Of a DNA stretch of 64,000 nt, positions 13,331-26,559 are shown piece by piece; within the stretch, counting starts at the first letter, position 1, and each line of letters opens with the position of its first letter. The DNA comes from Glaucostegus cemiculus. Lineage: Eukaryota. The notes below the pieces were generated by a model, which did not search any database, was not told the origin of the DNA, and saw nothing but the letters and a program-made list of their open reading frames with translations. Made by a program: the position numbers and the translations under genes. Where the stretch lies: assembly GCA_976551045.1 (NCBI GenBank), contig CDPCPM010000060.1:2170001-2234000 (forward strand), written 5' to 3'.

Positions 13331-14477
13331 ATATTTAACATGCAGCATGTAATTTATATTATCAATGACCAAGCTGGCACTTTTGATTTAAGGCACAGAA
13401 TGTTTCCTTAGATTGTAAAGCATTGTAAATAACAGACATATATTGCACATTTAATTGAGCCCAGCTGCTGCCTTTTTCAGGAATATTTGTGAGTTGTTGC
13501 CCTGTGAGGAGTGTTTTTTGGATACATAACAGCCCTCAAAATTGTCTTGTAGCACAGTATTACTAATTTACCATCTGTGGAATGAGATTGTGTGATAATC
13601 TATTCTGTGACTAGCTTACAGGTTCTGTTTTATGCCTCCAATTGGATGGTGTTGTGTTCCACTTCTTTTGTTCTTCTCTAACACCTTTCCTTAGAATATC
13701 TTGTCAAATGCTGGCGAATAGTTCAACCCCATATTTAAAAAAATTATGGCAGCTAGAACAATTTAAGTTATCTTGTTCAGTTAAATAACAGATTTCCAGC
13801 TGCTCCTTCAAGCCAAACTTGTACTAGGAGTTAATTTAGTGATTGAAATGGCCCAACCTTGCAATCCTGGTACATTGTCAACCCAGCCTGATTTTGGCTA
13901 ACTTGACCTTTGCACTCTGCAATTATAAGCAGATTTTGGTTACATTGTAGAGTTGTGGTTAAGGTACTTACAGGATCTGAAACCTGAGATCATACTTCAG
14001 AATATTCCTTGGTTATTTACTGTTTCCAGTTTTAGAGGGGATTTGTTTTTGTTGGTCAGTATCTCACATTTTTGCTGCATGATGGCATTTCCACAAAATG
14101 TTTCATAATTGTACTTACTTACTGAAGATGTTGTTAAGATAGTGGTCACTATTTGATCACCAGTTATGGATAATGTATCCTGAAAATAAGATTATTTTTT
14201 AGCAGATCAGTTCTGATTCTTATTAGTATTGATCTTCTCATTTTACCATTGCTCTGTGGTAGGTTGACAAGATATCCAGTGAATTGTGCTTTGCACTTGC
14301 TGATATTGATGAGATAGCAATAGCTTTTCTCTCAAATTATGAACATGACAGAACACAAATGACATGTCCTTCATGCACTGACGAGTTGACATGATGATTG
14401 TGAGTCTTGCTAGAAATGCACAGCAGGCCTATTGCTAAAGACATGATCTGCTAAATGCTATTTATTTTTTTCTTTAG

Positions 14478-14535
14478 TTCTTCTGAGGAGTCTTTAAAGT
14501 GGCAGTTTGTGGACCAGTTTGTGTCAGATGCTGGG
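14478..14535 (+). CDS. USH1C: USH1C exon 7-equivalent (58 nt)
   Basis: tctttag|TTCTTCTGAG...GCTGGG|gtaaga; SSSEESLKWQFVDQFVSDAG vs human [20 protein letters not shown]. Confidence 0.95.
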
Positions 14536-16093
14536 GTAAGATGTAGATTTCTTAAGAAATAATACTTTCTTTCCTTTCCAGTTCTGGTCATTACTGCCCC
14601 GTGCAGACTCTTCACCAGTAACTGTGTGAATACATCTTTTAATTGAAATTTAAGTAGATCATCCCTATATTAACATGCAGGACCCATTCTGAAAAACTGG
14701 AAAAGTCGTTTGGTAGAGAGAGGAATCAGGGTGCCACCTCAAAGTAGTCAAGAACTATTGAGCATTTGAACAGGGGCACTGAAATAACATAAAGGATTGA
14801 TTAATTGATGTGGATCTGCTGACTGCTTTTCCAAAGACTACAATTATATTTTGTCACAAGGAATTAATGTTCTATTAAAGAGTATATAAATTTACAAATT
14901 AAAGGGAAATAATTTTTAATTAGTGGTGCTCCTTGGAAACTCAGTTTCCCCAGATTGATCTGTTCAAGCTACGCAGTGATTCAGGTGAAATGGACGTTTT
15001 GTGTGGTACTACTTTTGTCGACTGAATTGCTTTCTATATTTCTTTATCATCATTCCCTATTTTACAGAGCAACTTCACCACAACAGAAGCAGTAACTACT
15101 TGCAGTGTTATTACATTTTTAATGTGTAATGAAGGAAAGACTTGCATTTATGCTCTGCCTTCAGATGGCCCAAACATTTTAGAGCCAATGAAATACTTTT
15201 CAAAAAATAGTCACTGCTGTAGAGAAGTCTTCCATTGCAATCAGAAGGAAAACAGAGCAGATGACTGAAAAAGTGGATAAAAATATAGATTTCACAAGCC
15301 CATTAAAGATGATGACAGTAGTAGTTAGAGTCACAAAAAGGAGAAACAGAACAGTAAGAAAAATAATTGAATCCAGATTGCTTTTGGCCATCAATTTTGG
15401 AGCAAGGTGCATGGTGAAAAGGAGCTAACTGAACGGCATTTTATCAAGTTTAAGATAATGTAACAATTTGAAAGAATACAGATTCAGAACCCAGACTTTT
15501 TATAAGGTAACCCCTGAATTAACTTTAGTGTTCAATCATTTGCCCTTCTTCCATATTGCTTAAATTCTTTGAGATGTCTTTAAATTTCGCAGCAATTCCA
15601 GATCAGACAGTAAATTGTGAACTGAAAATTCAATGAGTATTTTCATCACAGACTCAATTATTCACTCCAAATGCTTCGGTTATTTTTTGAATTATTTAAA
15701 TGCAAAGAATATATAGACAATTGTTTTGTGGACAAAATGCTGAAAATAGAAATTGCTAATTGGTTTGCTTTCTTTGGAACTAGAGCTGACATGATAGTGA
15801 TGTTCTAAGATGTGTCTCCCTTACTTCATTTCTAACCTTACGCAAAGTTTGACACTAACATTCACAGTGCATTTTGTAACAAAACAGAAAATTGCAAAAT
15901 TTGATTTGTATTATATGTGAGCTCCATCTGCCAGTTATTATCAAATTGCAAGGAATTTAAGTATATTGAAAGAGAGATACATTGATGCAACATTATTTGA
16001 ACATAATCTGATAATTCCACTGGAATGCACTTTGAAATTTGTTGACAGCTTGGAGCTTATTGTATTTACACCAACATGTATTCTTTGCTGCAG

Positions 16094-16197
16094 GATGGGA
16101 AGATCAGTTTAGCTGGGCTGGCTTCACTGGGAAACAAGGAAATAAGGGAAAAGAAGGTTTTTATCAGCTTAGTTGGTGTAAAAGGCATGGGATGCAG
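16094..16197 (+). CDS. USH1C: USH1C exon 8-equivalent (104 nt), start of PDZ2
   Basis: gctgcag|GATGGG...GGATGCAG|gtaatc; DGKISLAGLASLGNKEIREKKVFISLVGVKGMGC(S). Confidence 0.95.
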
Positions 16198-16302
16198 GTA
16201 ATCCATTCCTTTCTCAGTTTTTCAGATCATTGATTTTTGAAACCTTTATTTTGTGTACTTTTATGGATGCTTAAGCTAAACTATCTCTTTTTTTTAATGT
16301 AG

Positions 16303-16387
16303 CATATCCAGTGGCCCTACTCAGAAGCCAGGGATCTTTATCAGCAATGTGAAACCAGGATCAGTTTCTGCAGAGGTGGGCTTAGAG
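16303..16387 (+). CDS. USH1C: USH1C exon 9-equivalent (85 nt), PDZ2
   Basis: aatgtag|CATATCC...TTAGAG|gtgagt; [28 protein letters not shown]; follows a 105-nt intron. Confidence 0.96.
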
Positions 16388-17743
16388 GTGAGTGAATCAC
16401 ATTAAAGAGGAACAGGTATTTCCTATCAACACTCTCATCTGATAACAAACTACCACGTCTAAAAGTATTTTTACTTTGGTATTACTGGTAACAGTAGAAA
16501 GTGTGAGCTGATGAGAATAGAACTTTATTAGAAGGCCTTGCAAATGCAACAGTATCTGATTGTAACTAAAGTAAATGGAGAGTGCAAGTAAGTTAAAGCC
16601 ACTTCTGCTATCCATGTTCTAAGTTAAAGCAATAGTTTTATAATAGCACATTCACTGGCATTCACATATAATACCAAAGCAAAACAAATAAGTTTCTTAC
16701 AGCTAAGAGTATTTGCTCTAAAAATTTCTGGCCTGTAATGGGTAAATTTTGCATACTCTGAGATGCATGCACTGCAGTTAACAGCAATTACATAAAGTGT
16801 GCAAACTCTATTTGCGGTGTTATGTACAAATGGTATTAATGTGTCATTCTGAACCATAATGTGCTTCAAAATTGTCACTGGTTTATTGTGATGAAAATTT
16901 CTAGATTGACTGCAACTTTATCCAATCTATCAGGAACCTTCTTCAGTGTCCGGCATAGAAACATGTTGCAGTACTTCATTGGGATGTAACTAGCAAAAAC
17001 TAAATCTGAGGCAAAGAAATAATTATTAGAAGTAATATAAACTTTGGCGTTCTATTGTTGTTCAAGCAATTAGGTTTGTTTTTACAAGACCAGATTTACA
17101 TAGAAACAAATAATATAAAGATATAAATAAATCTAATTGCTGACTGACCCCACTGTATTTAGTCCTCTAAGATTTATACACTGACACTTCTGATTCACTG
17201 TAGTTAAGCTAATTGTGAAATGCAAGTCATCCAAAATAGTAGCTGTGAGTCACACAATTGTAAGGTGAGTTGTTTGCAGAACTACCTTAGTTGCAGCAAC
17301 ATTGATATGCCATTTTGGAACCTTGTGCTTCAGTTAGTACCCTCTCTTAATCCCGCACAGCTTCTTTGAGAGTAAGAGCAAAGGGCATTAGAGCATGACA
17401 AGCTGATGGATGAAAGAAAGTGAGAGGAAGAAAGTTCTTAACAAATGACCACATTCACTCAGAGTGATCAGAGAGTAAAATAACAGAACCATATCAGTTG
17501 CCTGCTGCAAAAAAGACCCCATATTCAAACAGACCTAACTATAACTTTCATCTCACCAGAGATCAGTAGATAGGATGTACTTGAGCTTGAGGCTTTGTTA
17601 GGCATCTCTGCAGTTCGGGATGCTTTTTACAGAATTTTTATTGCTTTTACGTCAATGTACATCAATTGTGCCTCATAAAGTGTAAATTGAAAGGAGTTCC
17701 ACTCCTTCAATGTTCAGCTGTTGTGTGAAAACTTACTATCAAT

Positions 17744-18095
17744 GGGCAGCAGAGTGACACTACAGCTGCTTCTGCGACTGCACGCCTCCAGTGACCCAAG
17801 TTCAATCCTGACATCCCGAGCTCCTTGAGTGGAGTGTGAATGTTCTCCCAGTGACTGTATGGATTTCAAGCAGGTGCTCCAGTTACCTCCCCACATCCCA
17901 AGGTCATGGTGGTAGGTTAATAGGCCAATGTAAATTACCCCTAGTGTAGGCAAATGAAAAATGGATCAAAGTGGAACTGATGGGTGTCTGAGAGAATAAA
18001 TTACAGTATTGCAGGGGAATGAGGCTGTTGGAATTTTTTACTGGGAGCTAGCATGGTCCTGACGCTCCAAATGGTCTCCTTCTGTGTCGTAATAA
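17744..18095 (+). mobile_element. V-SINE (HE1-like)
   Basis: B-box caagttcaatcctg, V-domain and CR1-like tail ending in (taag)n. Confidence 0.8.
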
Positions 18096-18684
18096 GTAAG
18101 TTAGTAAGTAAGTGTGATGGCTCACGATTTGTATAAAGTTCTCACTGATCCATAGGAGTTAATCCAATTGTGTCAGAGATCATGCTTAACTGCTTTAAGC
18201 CATTTCTTAAGCAGAGTGCATAAATCAGTTCTAAAAAGAGCTAAATCTGTGAATTTGTGAAGAGAAACATTGAAGTAGAGAGAGGTTGAGCAAGAAAATA
18301 GGATTAGACCTATTTGCTTATAGAGACTGAAAGGGCCAATTTACCTTTTTCTGTGCTGTAACAAATTGTGCTAATCTGAAATGTCTCTTGCAGTTTTGCT
18401 TCCTCCGAAATCATTCCAAAATGCAATAATCTTGAAAACTGTTCTTCATTTGCTGAACTCCTTTTTTTATGCCTTGTCATGTTTTATGTACAAGGCAATT
18501 GAGAATTATTGATGAATTTGTCATTTCTGTGTTATATTGTGCCACTATGTTTGTGCCTGATAATTAATAAGTGAGCAGTGAATCTCCAGTAATTCATCAA
18601 GCTCATTCAGTTGAATAAACAATGACAACTTACACTGCTTAGATTGATTTGCTATTATAAATTGTCTTACTCTTTTTAATGCAG

Positions 18685-18744
18685 GTTGGAGATCAAATTG
18701 TTGAAGTGGATGGAGTGGATTTTACAAATGTGGATCACAAAGAG
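18685..18744 (+). CDS. USH1C: USH1C exon 10-equivalent (60 nt), PDZ2
   Basis: aatgcag|GTTGGA...AAAGAG|gtaaaa; VGDQIVEVDGVDFTNVDHKE. Confidence 0.96.
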
Positions 18745-19329
18745 GTAAAAACAGATTCAGTTTTTTTCCAGAAGGTCCTATTTGTAGATAGATTGTATGG
18801 CATTGCATGATTTATTAAATTAATAACTTGTTACAATATTAAATTCATCAATCCAAGAGCAAATTGATTGTATCAATTAGTTTATCACAGTCCCCAAATG
18901 AAGTCAGTCAACAGCGCTACTGGGCAGGATTTAAACAAAAAAAACCTGTTGTTTCTTGTAATCTCATGGGTTTCCTCTCAGTGTTATGCTGAATATATTC
19001 TCATTGTATTAATTTATATGCAAAGAAAGACATAAAATATGACCATAACACAGGAATTCACAAATAAGTCAATGGGGAGAATTTGTTATCTTTCATAAGT
19101 TCCAAATGTGGTAATCAAGAACCTAATACAGAAAACTTGGAGAAATGCTTTACATCATTCAGAATTGGCATAAATTTGCAATAGAACCTGAGGATATGTT
19201 TTTTTTCACAATTTGGGATTGGAGATGCAGCTAAAGTCCAATAATCCATGATCCAGATGTTCAAAAATCCTGATTGTTCAGCATCAGGCTCACAGGGTAA
19301 TGATTTGTAAGCTCCCTTTAATAGACAAG

Positions 19330-19512
19330 GGCCCTAGTTCCTGCATTCTTTTAAACACACCATGGCCCCAATTCCTGTCCTCCCTTTAAAATACCAGGGC
19401 TCTGGTTCCCACACTACCTTCAACAGACCGTGGCCCTAGTTCAATTATCTCCTTCAGCTCATTGGGGCCCCAGTTCCCACATTCGCTTGAAACTCACTGG
19501 ACCCCGTTTCTC
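19330..19512 (+). repeat. Diverged ~34-bp minisatellite, about 5.5 units (consensus near ggccccagttcccacattccctttaaactcact)
   Basis: Units begin ggccctag, ggccccaa, ggctctgg, ggccctag, ggccccag, gaccccg at ~34-bp spacing. Confidence 0.75.
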
Positions 19513-19519
19513 GGCTGTA

Positions 19520-19695
19520 GACACAATAGACTGCAGATTGCTGGAACATGGAGCAAAAACAAGATGCTGGAGGAACTCAATGCATCAGGCAGCATCTGTG
19601 GAGAGAAATAGCCTGTAGAGGTTTTGGGTTGAGACCCTTCAGCACAGATGCTGTCTGACCCACTGAGTTCCTCCAGAATCTTGTTTGTTGTTGCC
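19520..19695. mobile_element. Fold-back Penelope-like pLTR-derived element
   Basis: caagatgctggaggaactcaatgcatcaggcagcatctgtg pairs with cacagatgctgtctgacccactgagttcctccagaatcttg. Confidence 0.75.
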
Positions 19696-20406
19696 CTTCA
19701 ACTTAATGGGTTTGCTGGTATATAGTTATACTGATGTGTAGGAGTAATAATTGGTATAACATTTAATAGTCTGGAAAATCTACCACCCTGGCACCATTGA
19801 AGTCCTGAGCATGCCAGATTCATGGAGTTTTACTGTATTTTTGCTATTCAACGTTAAGGGAGGAACATTGAGCCAGTAGCTTAGCTGTTTCAGCTGGGTT
19901 ATTTGTGTTTTTAGTACATGAGAGATGCTCATGTTGTTACTGAGGTCATTATAGTTTTTTTCCAACTGTTATAGTTCTGAAATATTCTGTATCTGTGGAA
20001 TTACTAGCACAATATTATATTGCTGAAAACAAAGAATATTTTTTACAATGGTTACAATATTTCTTTGAGTAGGAAATTCATAAATTCGTACTGACTTTAC
20101 CACTCATGCTGCACTTAAAATTGCTTTTGGGACTCAATGGTTTGCTCAGATCCTGTTCTTAATTTTTAATCAAAGATCTCACTGATTTCAGAGAGTTGCC
20201 CCATTGGATGCTCAGATGAGTATCATAGAGTAGAAGATGATGGAATCCTGGCTGCCCTGTAAATTACCCAGTTGTTTTTAATGACCTGACTGCCTGACTG
20301 CAACAGGACAGATGGAATAATTGTAATGTTCGCATCTTGTGGCGAGATTGAGAAAGAGAGACTTGTTTTACAATGATTTGTAAACCACCTTTTATTTTCA
20401 AACCAG

Positions 20407-20463
20407 GCTGTCCGAATACTGAAAAGTAGCAGGAGCCTGACAATCATTGTACTCACTGGTGCA
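20407..20463 (+). CDS. USH1C: USH1C exon 11-equivalent (57 nt), PDZ2 end
   Basis: aaaccag|GCTGTC...GGTGCA|gtaagt; AVRILKSSRSLTIIVLTGA. Confidence 0.95.
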
Positions 20464-21799
20464 GTAAGTATTGATCATTTTGAGAATAAGATAACTGGTG
20501 GTTTTAAGTTGTGTTGTGTGAAATGAAGTACCTATGTAAAAACAAAATTTTAAGTATTCAAAGCTGAATGCAGTATTATTTATTTTACTGATCTCCTATC
20601 ATGAATCTTGGTGGTAACAGTTTCAATCAGAGGATTCCAGCGAATTTTCCTTTGTGGTACAGTTGTGTAAAACTAAGAATTGATGTAAAAAGAAAAGGTG
20701 GGTCATGTAAAAGTCAGTCTATATCTCAATGCTGCATCAGGAATAAACCTCACTCACCTAAATAGTGTAACATGCTCTCTCAGCAGTACATGAAATAAGA
20801 TTTATTTTCTACAAAGTAATTTACATTGAGATAGTTTCTGGGTGAAATTCCACTAATCATGTAACTAGACTGGGCATTTCTGGGTCACAATCCAAATGAA
20901 CACAACTAATGACATGAATTATCGTGCAACATATTTTTAGGTCCCATCAGACATAAGTTCAATGGTCTCTGCTACAGAAAATGATTGTCATGGAGCAATC
21001 ACAGGAGAACAAGGAGCACAGTGTGCTGCATCCTTGGTTTACACATAACAAAGAAACATTCTGCTAGCATCAGGAGATTTCACGGGGCAGCTTCAGAAAT
21101 GATTGCGGATTGCTCAGAAATCTCCCACAATCCCCATTGTGTGCTTAAACAAGCAGGAAGTGTCTGTAGCATTTAGCTGTGGAAGTGCCCATTTAAGGCG
21201 GGGAGGGTAGGTGCAAAGGTGACACAGTTGACATCATTTCATTAGTGGATGCTACAACATATGTAAAAGATAGCTGGGAATGCAAGGGATAATGACGGGC
21301 AATGCAAGGGTTAATGGTACACAGTTGGTCTCCTGGTAGTCAGCTATTCCCATAGTAAGAAGTTACCTCGGCCACGGGGTGATTATAGTTATGGCTGAAG
21401 TGAGGGCCAGGTGTGAGTAAGGAAGATATAGATATTTTGGACACATCTTGTTTTGCTGAGGCTTACTGTAAGCAATTACCGTATTGAGTGCAACTTCCCA
21501 CAAAGGTTTCTCACAAAGAGGGTATAAAAGATACACACTGACTAAGGCTTCTTCGAGTAGGAAAAGAACAGAGCTCAGGTTACACTGTTTACTCTTTCTC
21601 TGTATCCCCCACTCCCGCTAGTGTTAAGATAATGAAGCATTAATCGTAAACTCTTTGGTTCTGCTGTTGTCTGATTTATTACAGAGCACGGGTTGACTTT
21701 CACACATAGGCATTCTGGGTGATGTGGGGAGTAATGGAGACCTTAGGACTTGAGACACAAAAATGACCAATGTGAAGACTGTAATGAACAGAGCATCTT

Positions 21800-22620
21800 T
21801 AATGACATTGGAATCATACTTGGATCTCTTCAATGAACATCCTCTGTGTAGACATGTATTTTTAAGGTTGTAATAGCTAAGATTTGTAGAATTCTGTGGG
21901 ATGAACTTCGGCTAAGTTCTAGTGCCTGGACCATCTGAAGTCGAAAGTCTTGGTAACTCCCTACTTCCCAGCCATTGGATCATTCCACATGATTGTCATT
22001 TATGTCTGCTCATCACAATGTTGAAGGAACATTTTTATTTCTTTTGATTTCAGTAGGGAGAAAGTGGCACTGCAGGTGTTGAGAATTGCCAACGTTTCTG
22101 GCCTCTCAAGTGCAGGCAGGCATTAGTGTACCTTTAAGAACTCCCTCAATAACCCAAAATAGTTTTCAATCCTTAAATTTTCAGATGTCAGAGACCATGA
22201 GAAAAGTTTTCCGATGATCACTGCCACATTTCCCAGCAGCTCCCACCACACCTTTTTTTCTAACATATCAGTGGTCAGAACTGGATCTCAGGGAATAAGG
22301 CTGCTTCTGAATTCTATCATTTACATCCCTCTCCAAAGCTGAGTAAATACTAAAGATAATCATGTAATGATTGTGTGGAGTATGCTTTTCATCTCCTGAA
22401 AATGAAATTCCATTACCTTCATCTGTCCTGGGATGCACTGGAGTACATGCCCAATGCAACTTCATTGTAGTGAACTGCACATTACATAACCTGGCCAGCA
22501 GAAGACAACAGCCAATGATTCAAGAAGAGCAGCCAGGAGATCAAGAGTTTGAGGACCAGGAAGCAGGTGAGACAACTAGCAGGACAAGAGGAACAGGAGG
22601 ACAATGAAGGTTCAGCGGTT
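21800..22620 (+). pseudogene. Decayed PIF/Harbinger (HARBI1-like) DDE transposase
   Basis: Collinear degenerate motifs ESYLDL (21811), KVLVTPYFPAIGSF (21944), NSFQSLNFQ (22158), ATFPSSSH (~22225), FIVVNCTLHNLA plus acidic tail (ORF 22371..22607). Confidence 0.75.
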
Positions 22621-23396
22621 TCCTCCTTCATCTAAGAGAAAGAGGAAAAAAATTCTCTTCAGGGGAACAAGGTATTCCTTCATAGAGAGATGCTTCTCCT
22701 GAACACCATTATAATCATAGCCCCCCCCAAACAGATCGAGTGACACTTTTCACATTCCACTCATTACCATTACAACATCAAGCAGCCCAAGCAGCTTGAT
22801 GATGCATAATATTTTCTTGCATGCTGGCTTGTCAGTTCATTTATACTGCTTATAAGATACTGAAAAATCAAATGCTATGCCTATTACTTAACTAGCATGC
22901 TGCCATACCTCTATATTTCCAAATGAAACCTCACTTAAAACACTGGCTTCTGCACTAAATACACCTTTCTCAGCATAGCTCCATTCTACAGGGGTCAAGA
23001 ATAGTGAAGAGCTTTCATGCTTTAGCCTGCCAATCAGCACTGATGGTCCACTGCAGCTTAGCGGATCATGCAAGTAAAGTATATATAATACATCAGATTG
23101 GCAAGCATTGGGTAGAAAGGTGTAATGAAAGGCTAATATTTTCAAACCAGTGTAATCCATCCCCATTCTGCAATAAGAAATTTATACTGGAAATCTAAGT
23201 GAAGTTCATTTCAAGGCATTTCAGTGAAGTTCATTTCATTTCAACTGACTGATCATCACAAGGTACACGTGCCACACCTCTGGAATAATCTCCTTTGCCT
23301 TCCATCGCAGCTTGGGCTCTATGTATTAAAAATAATTTAGTAACAATTGTATGCATTGTCAAAAGATTGACTTTCATGTTTTTTTGATGAATTCAG

Positions 23397-23539
23397 GGGA
23401 AAGAACTATTCCAGACAGAAGAAGAACGAATGAATGAATATTACCGACATGAACGAGAACGTAAGGAATTAATGCAGCAGAAAAGGATTGCGATGGAAAC
23501 CAACAAAATTGTGAAGGAACAACAAGAGAAAGAGAGGCA
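23397..23539 (+). CDS. USH1C: USH1C exon 12-equivalent (143 nt), coiled-coil 1
   Basis: attcag|GGGAAAGAA...AGGCA|gtaaga; GKELFQTEEERMNEYYRHERERKELMQQKRIAMETNKIVKEQQEKER(Q). Confidence 0.95.
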
Positions 23540-24379
23540 GTAAGATGACACCTTTAAACCTGGTGCTTTCTCTTCAATAATAAAAGCAATTTTACATATT
23601 GCTGTTTTTCAAACTAAATATAGTCACCCATTATACCACAGGTTTCTGTCCTAAAGGAATAACAGAACGTGCTCAGAATAGAAAATGGCAGCCTTCATCC
23701 TGTAATAGGGCAGTTTTTCCCCAGTGCTTCACACAAGCAGTTCTGTTTTCAATAATATTGAGAAATTTCAGTTTCTTGACATACTATCATCTGAGCCAAG
23801 GCAGATTGTTTGAAATTCCTGATGCCTTCTTCATTTTGTTTTCACTTGCAAACAGTTGAATACAATAATTTTTCACCGTAGATAATTCTTTTCTACCCGA
23901 ATGTAGCTACCAGTAAACATATCAAATGCACTACTGCATTATTCTACAAGAAGCACTTTACAAGGATTGAATAATAGTTTCATTCATGTACACTGTTATA
24001 AAGGAACATGTTTAATTTACACAGCACCTTTCGCAATATTAGCTTGTCCTAAATCCCCTAAGAAACAATAGCATGCTTTTGAATTATAGTTAACAAGGTA
24101 GAATAACAAGGCTGCAGAAACTAGAACCAGGTTTCCAAGCCATTCAGGGGCTCCCTGGGAAAATGATGGAACTTCTTGAGGGGCTGCAAGGTATATGGCT
24201 TCACTGTTGCCATCATTCCTAATGGCACAAGCATTTTTTTTGGAGCTGTATTTTACTCAATTAAATATTACATAAATTACTAAAATGTGGATTCCAATGA
24301 GGAATCTGCTACACTTCTATATCTCTATAACTTCTACATTGTTCATTGTATATAATCTTTCCATTGTTGGAATTTTATA

Positions 24380-24705
24380 CAGCCTGTCCCCTGGTTATGA
24401 ACACCCAACTTATGGACACTCCTACATACAAACGAGCTCCCATAATATTATTGAATTCAAAAGTCCAATTGTACATTCACCAGTCTGTTCCTATGAACAA
24501 GCAGAACTGGTTGCCTGTCCTTCTCCACTTTTTAGTAATTATTCTTTCTTATCAGTCTTGTGTGCTTCTGATGCTATTCATTACAGTACTGTGGAGGTAA
24601 AATTTACCATATCGAGTTATTTTTTGTGTATTTTCCAATTCATGGAAAAAGTCGGCTCATGTATATCTGTAAAAGTGGAACCCATTCATTACCTGAGATG
24701 GCCTA
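24380..24705. mobile_element. Tigger/pogo-type MITE
   Basis: TA-flanked imperfect TIRs cagcctgtcccctggttatgaac / attcattacctgagatggccta. Confidence 0.65.
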
Positions 24706-25256
24706 TATATAGGACAGCTATCATTGTGGCTCTGTCAAAGAGCATCATTAGATAGGCAGTACACGGAAACTCACACCCTGCTGGAAAAAATAGTAATTTC
24801 AAATGGTCAACAAAACATATACTATGATTGCTAAGTTAGCAACCGCATTTGAAGAACAAATAATGCAACTGGTATTGGTTGTCATTGAGTGCTAAATTTC
24901 AGGATTAATTTTCTTCTGTGACCCTGACTACTTAATATCCCTCATCACATTAAGGAGATGCAAATGGATGTCATGCATCCCTCTAGTAATGAAGGGAAAA
25001 TGTAATGGAGAATCATGTCTTTGGTAATTTTCTATGAGATTGTTTGCAATATTTATTATAGACTCATGAGGCAAATGATCGCTCAGGAGGTATGACATTG
25101 ATGAAAAATATAGATGTTTACAATAGGTACCCTCAAAAAAAAAAAAGAGAAAAATAAGGAGCTGTTGCATGAATTATTCAACATATGGTTATTAATCTTG
25201 CACCTGAGTATTTAAAAGAAAGTAATGTAATTTTGAAATAATTTTTCGTATTTTAG

Positions 25257-25322
25257 AAGAAAGTTGGAAATATCACAGAAAACTGCTGAAGAGCAAGAGA
25301 GATTTCAAAAAGAAATTGAACA
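25257..25322 (+). CDS. USH1C: USH1C exon 13-equivalent (66 nt), coiled-coil 1
   Basis: ttttag|AAGAAAG...GAACA|gtaagt; RKLEISQKTAEEQERFQKEIE(Q). Confidence 0.95.
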
Positions 25323-26559
25323 GTAAGTATTTTGTTTGGAATTTCTGATTTTTTTCCTAAATATGGACCAATAGTAAAGGCGTTTAAAAACAACTTGTGA
25401 TATGCGTTTTAGTTGTTGAATAAACCATAAACATATCTAACCCATTATCATGCAGTTCTAAGATCACATGTATAGTAATAAAAAAGATACCCTATTAGAT
25501 GAGACAAACTGATTGGAGCAGAGGATTCTCATTTGTTCATTATTGTTTGAATTTTTCCAATTAATGGATTTTATTTTGAAAACTACTGAAATTTCCAACT
25601 TCATTTTGAATAATTCCCTTTAAGGCCTGTGTCATGCTTGGCCTCAGTAGAATCAAAATTTCATTTGACGTTATAGTTAAAAATAAGATGTTTAATCATA
25701 CCTATGTAACTTGTTTTCCACTCTCTACGAAAACATTCTTCTACATTTCTTAATGGGGTTTAGTTCCTCAAATGTCCTCCAGAGCTGTGTGTAAGTATGG
25801 GTATATAGAAACTGTGTTGTCAGATAATTTTCTACAGAAAACATCATCAAATATGCTCCTATCCTGACCCAGAATCCTGGCCTGTCTTTCTTTATGATTA
25901 CCTTGAATGACTCCCCCTCGAGCTGTCCAGCTCAGTTATTCCCTCAACAAGCAGAATCATTGCAAAAGCCTCAATGTTTTAATCACCTATTAAAGTTTTC
26001 TGGAGTTTTTCTATATTACTTTGAGTGTTCATATTAGTGTGTGAAATATAAAGCATGCCTTTAAGGTAATTTTTTAAGCTAAGAACAAACCTATGGATTT
26101 TTATTCACAATATTGATTTTGAGGGAACATTAAAAGGCAGATTGTAAGCCAGTGCAAAAGTTTTGCAACATAATTGGTCATTGTGGATTGCATTGGTTAA
26201 AACATTCAAGCTGCTCAAGCAGAGAGAGATCTTGTTTGCTGCAGCTTTTTGCATACATTATGCCCTCAATGTACTTCTTTAATGGGAAATTATTTTGTTT
26301 ATTGACGTGTATTGAAAAAGTAGCCTTGAGCTGAATAGATTGAGTTTTATTGGCAGGAATCACACTGAGTTGGTTAATAAATTCTATACTGATCATTGCC
26401 AAGTCATCACAATCAACTTAAGATTTCTGATATGAATCTGAGTTTGACCCAATAAAGTGGAACAACCAGGGTTAGTTGTAATGGATAACAAGTCACTTAA
26501 TTACATCAAATCAATAGGAAAGAAATTGATCAATGGATATAACAGTAATGTAAGTACCT

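Larger units (their letters stand above)
19228..19835. mobile_element. Tc1/pogo(Tigger)-type MITE containing a ~34-bp minisatellite and a nested fold-back element
   Basis: Imperfect TIRs cagctaaagtcc / ggagttttactg followed by TA; internal tandem repeats. Confidence 0.6.

Noticed and set aside
19330-19512. Regularly spaced repeats superficially like a CRISPR array
   Set aside because: Contiguous diverged tandem units without unique spacers, in a vertebrate intron with no cas genes.
24285-24755. 156-aa ORF
   Set aside because: Overlaps a TA-flanked MITE and has no recognisable domain.
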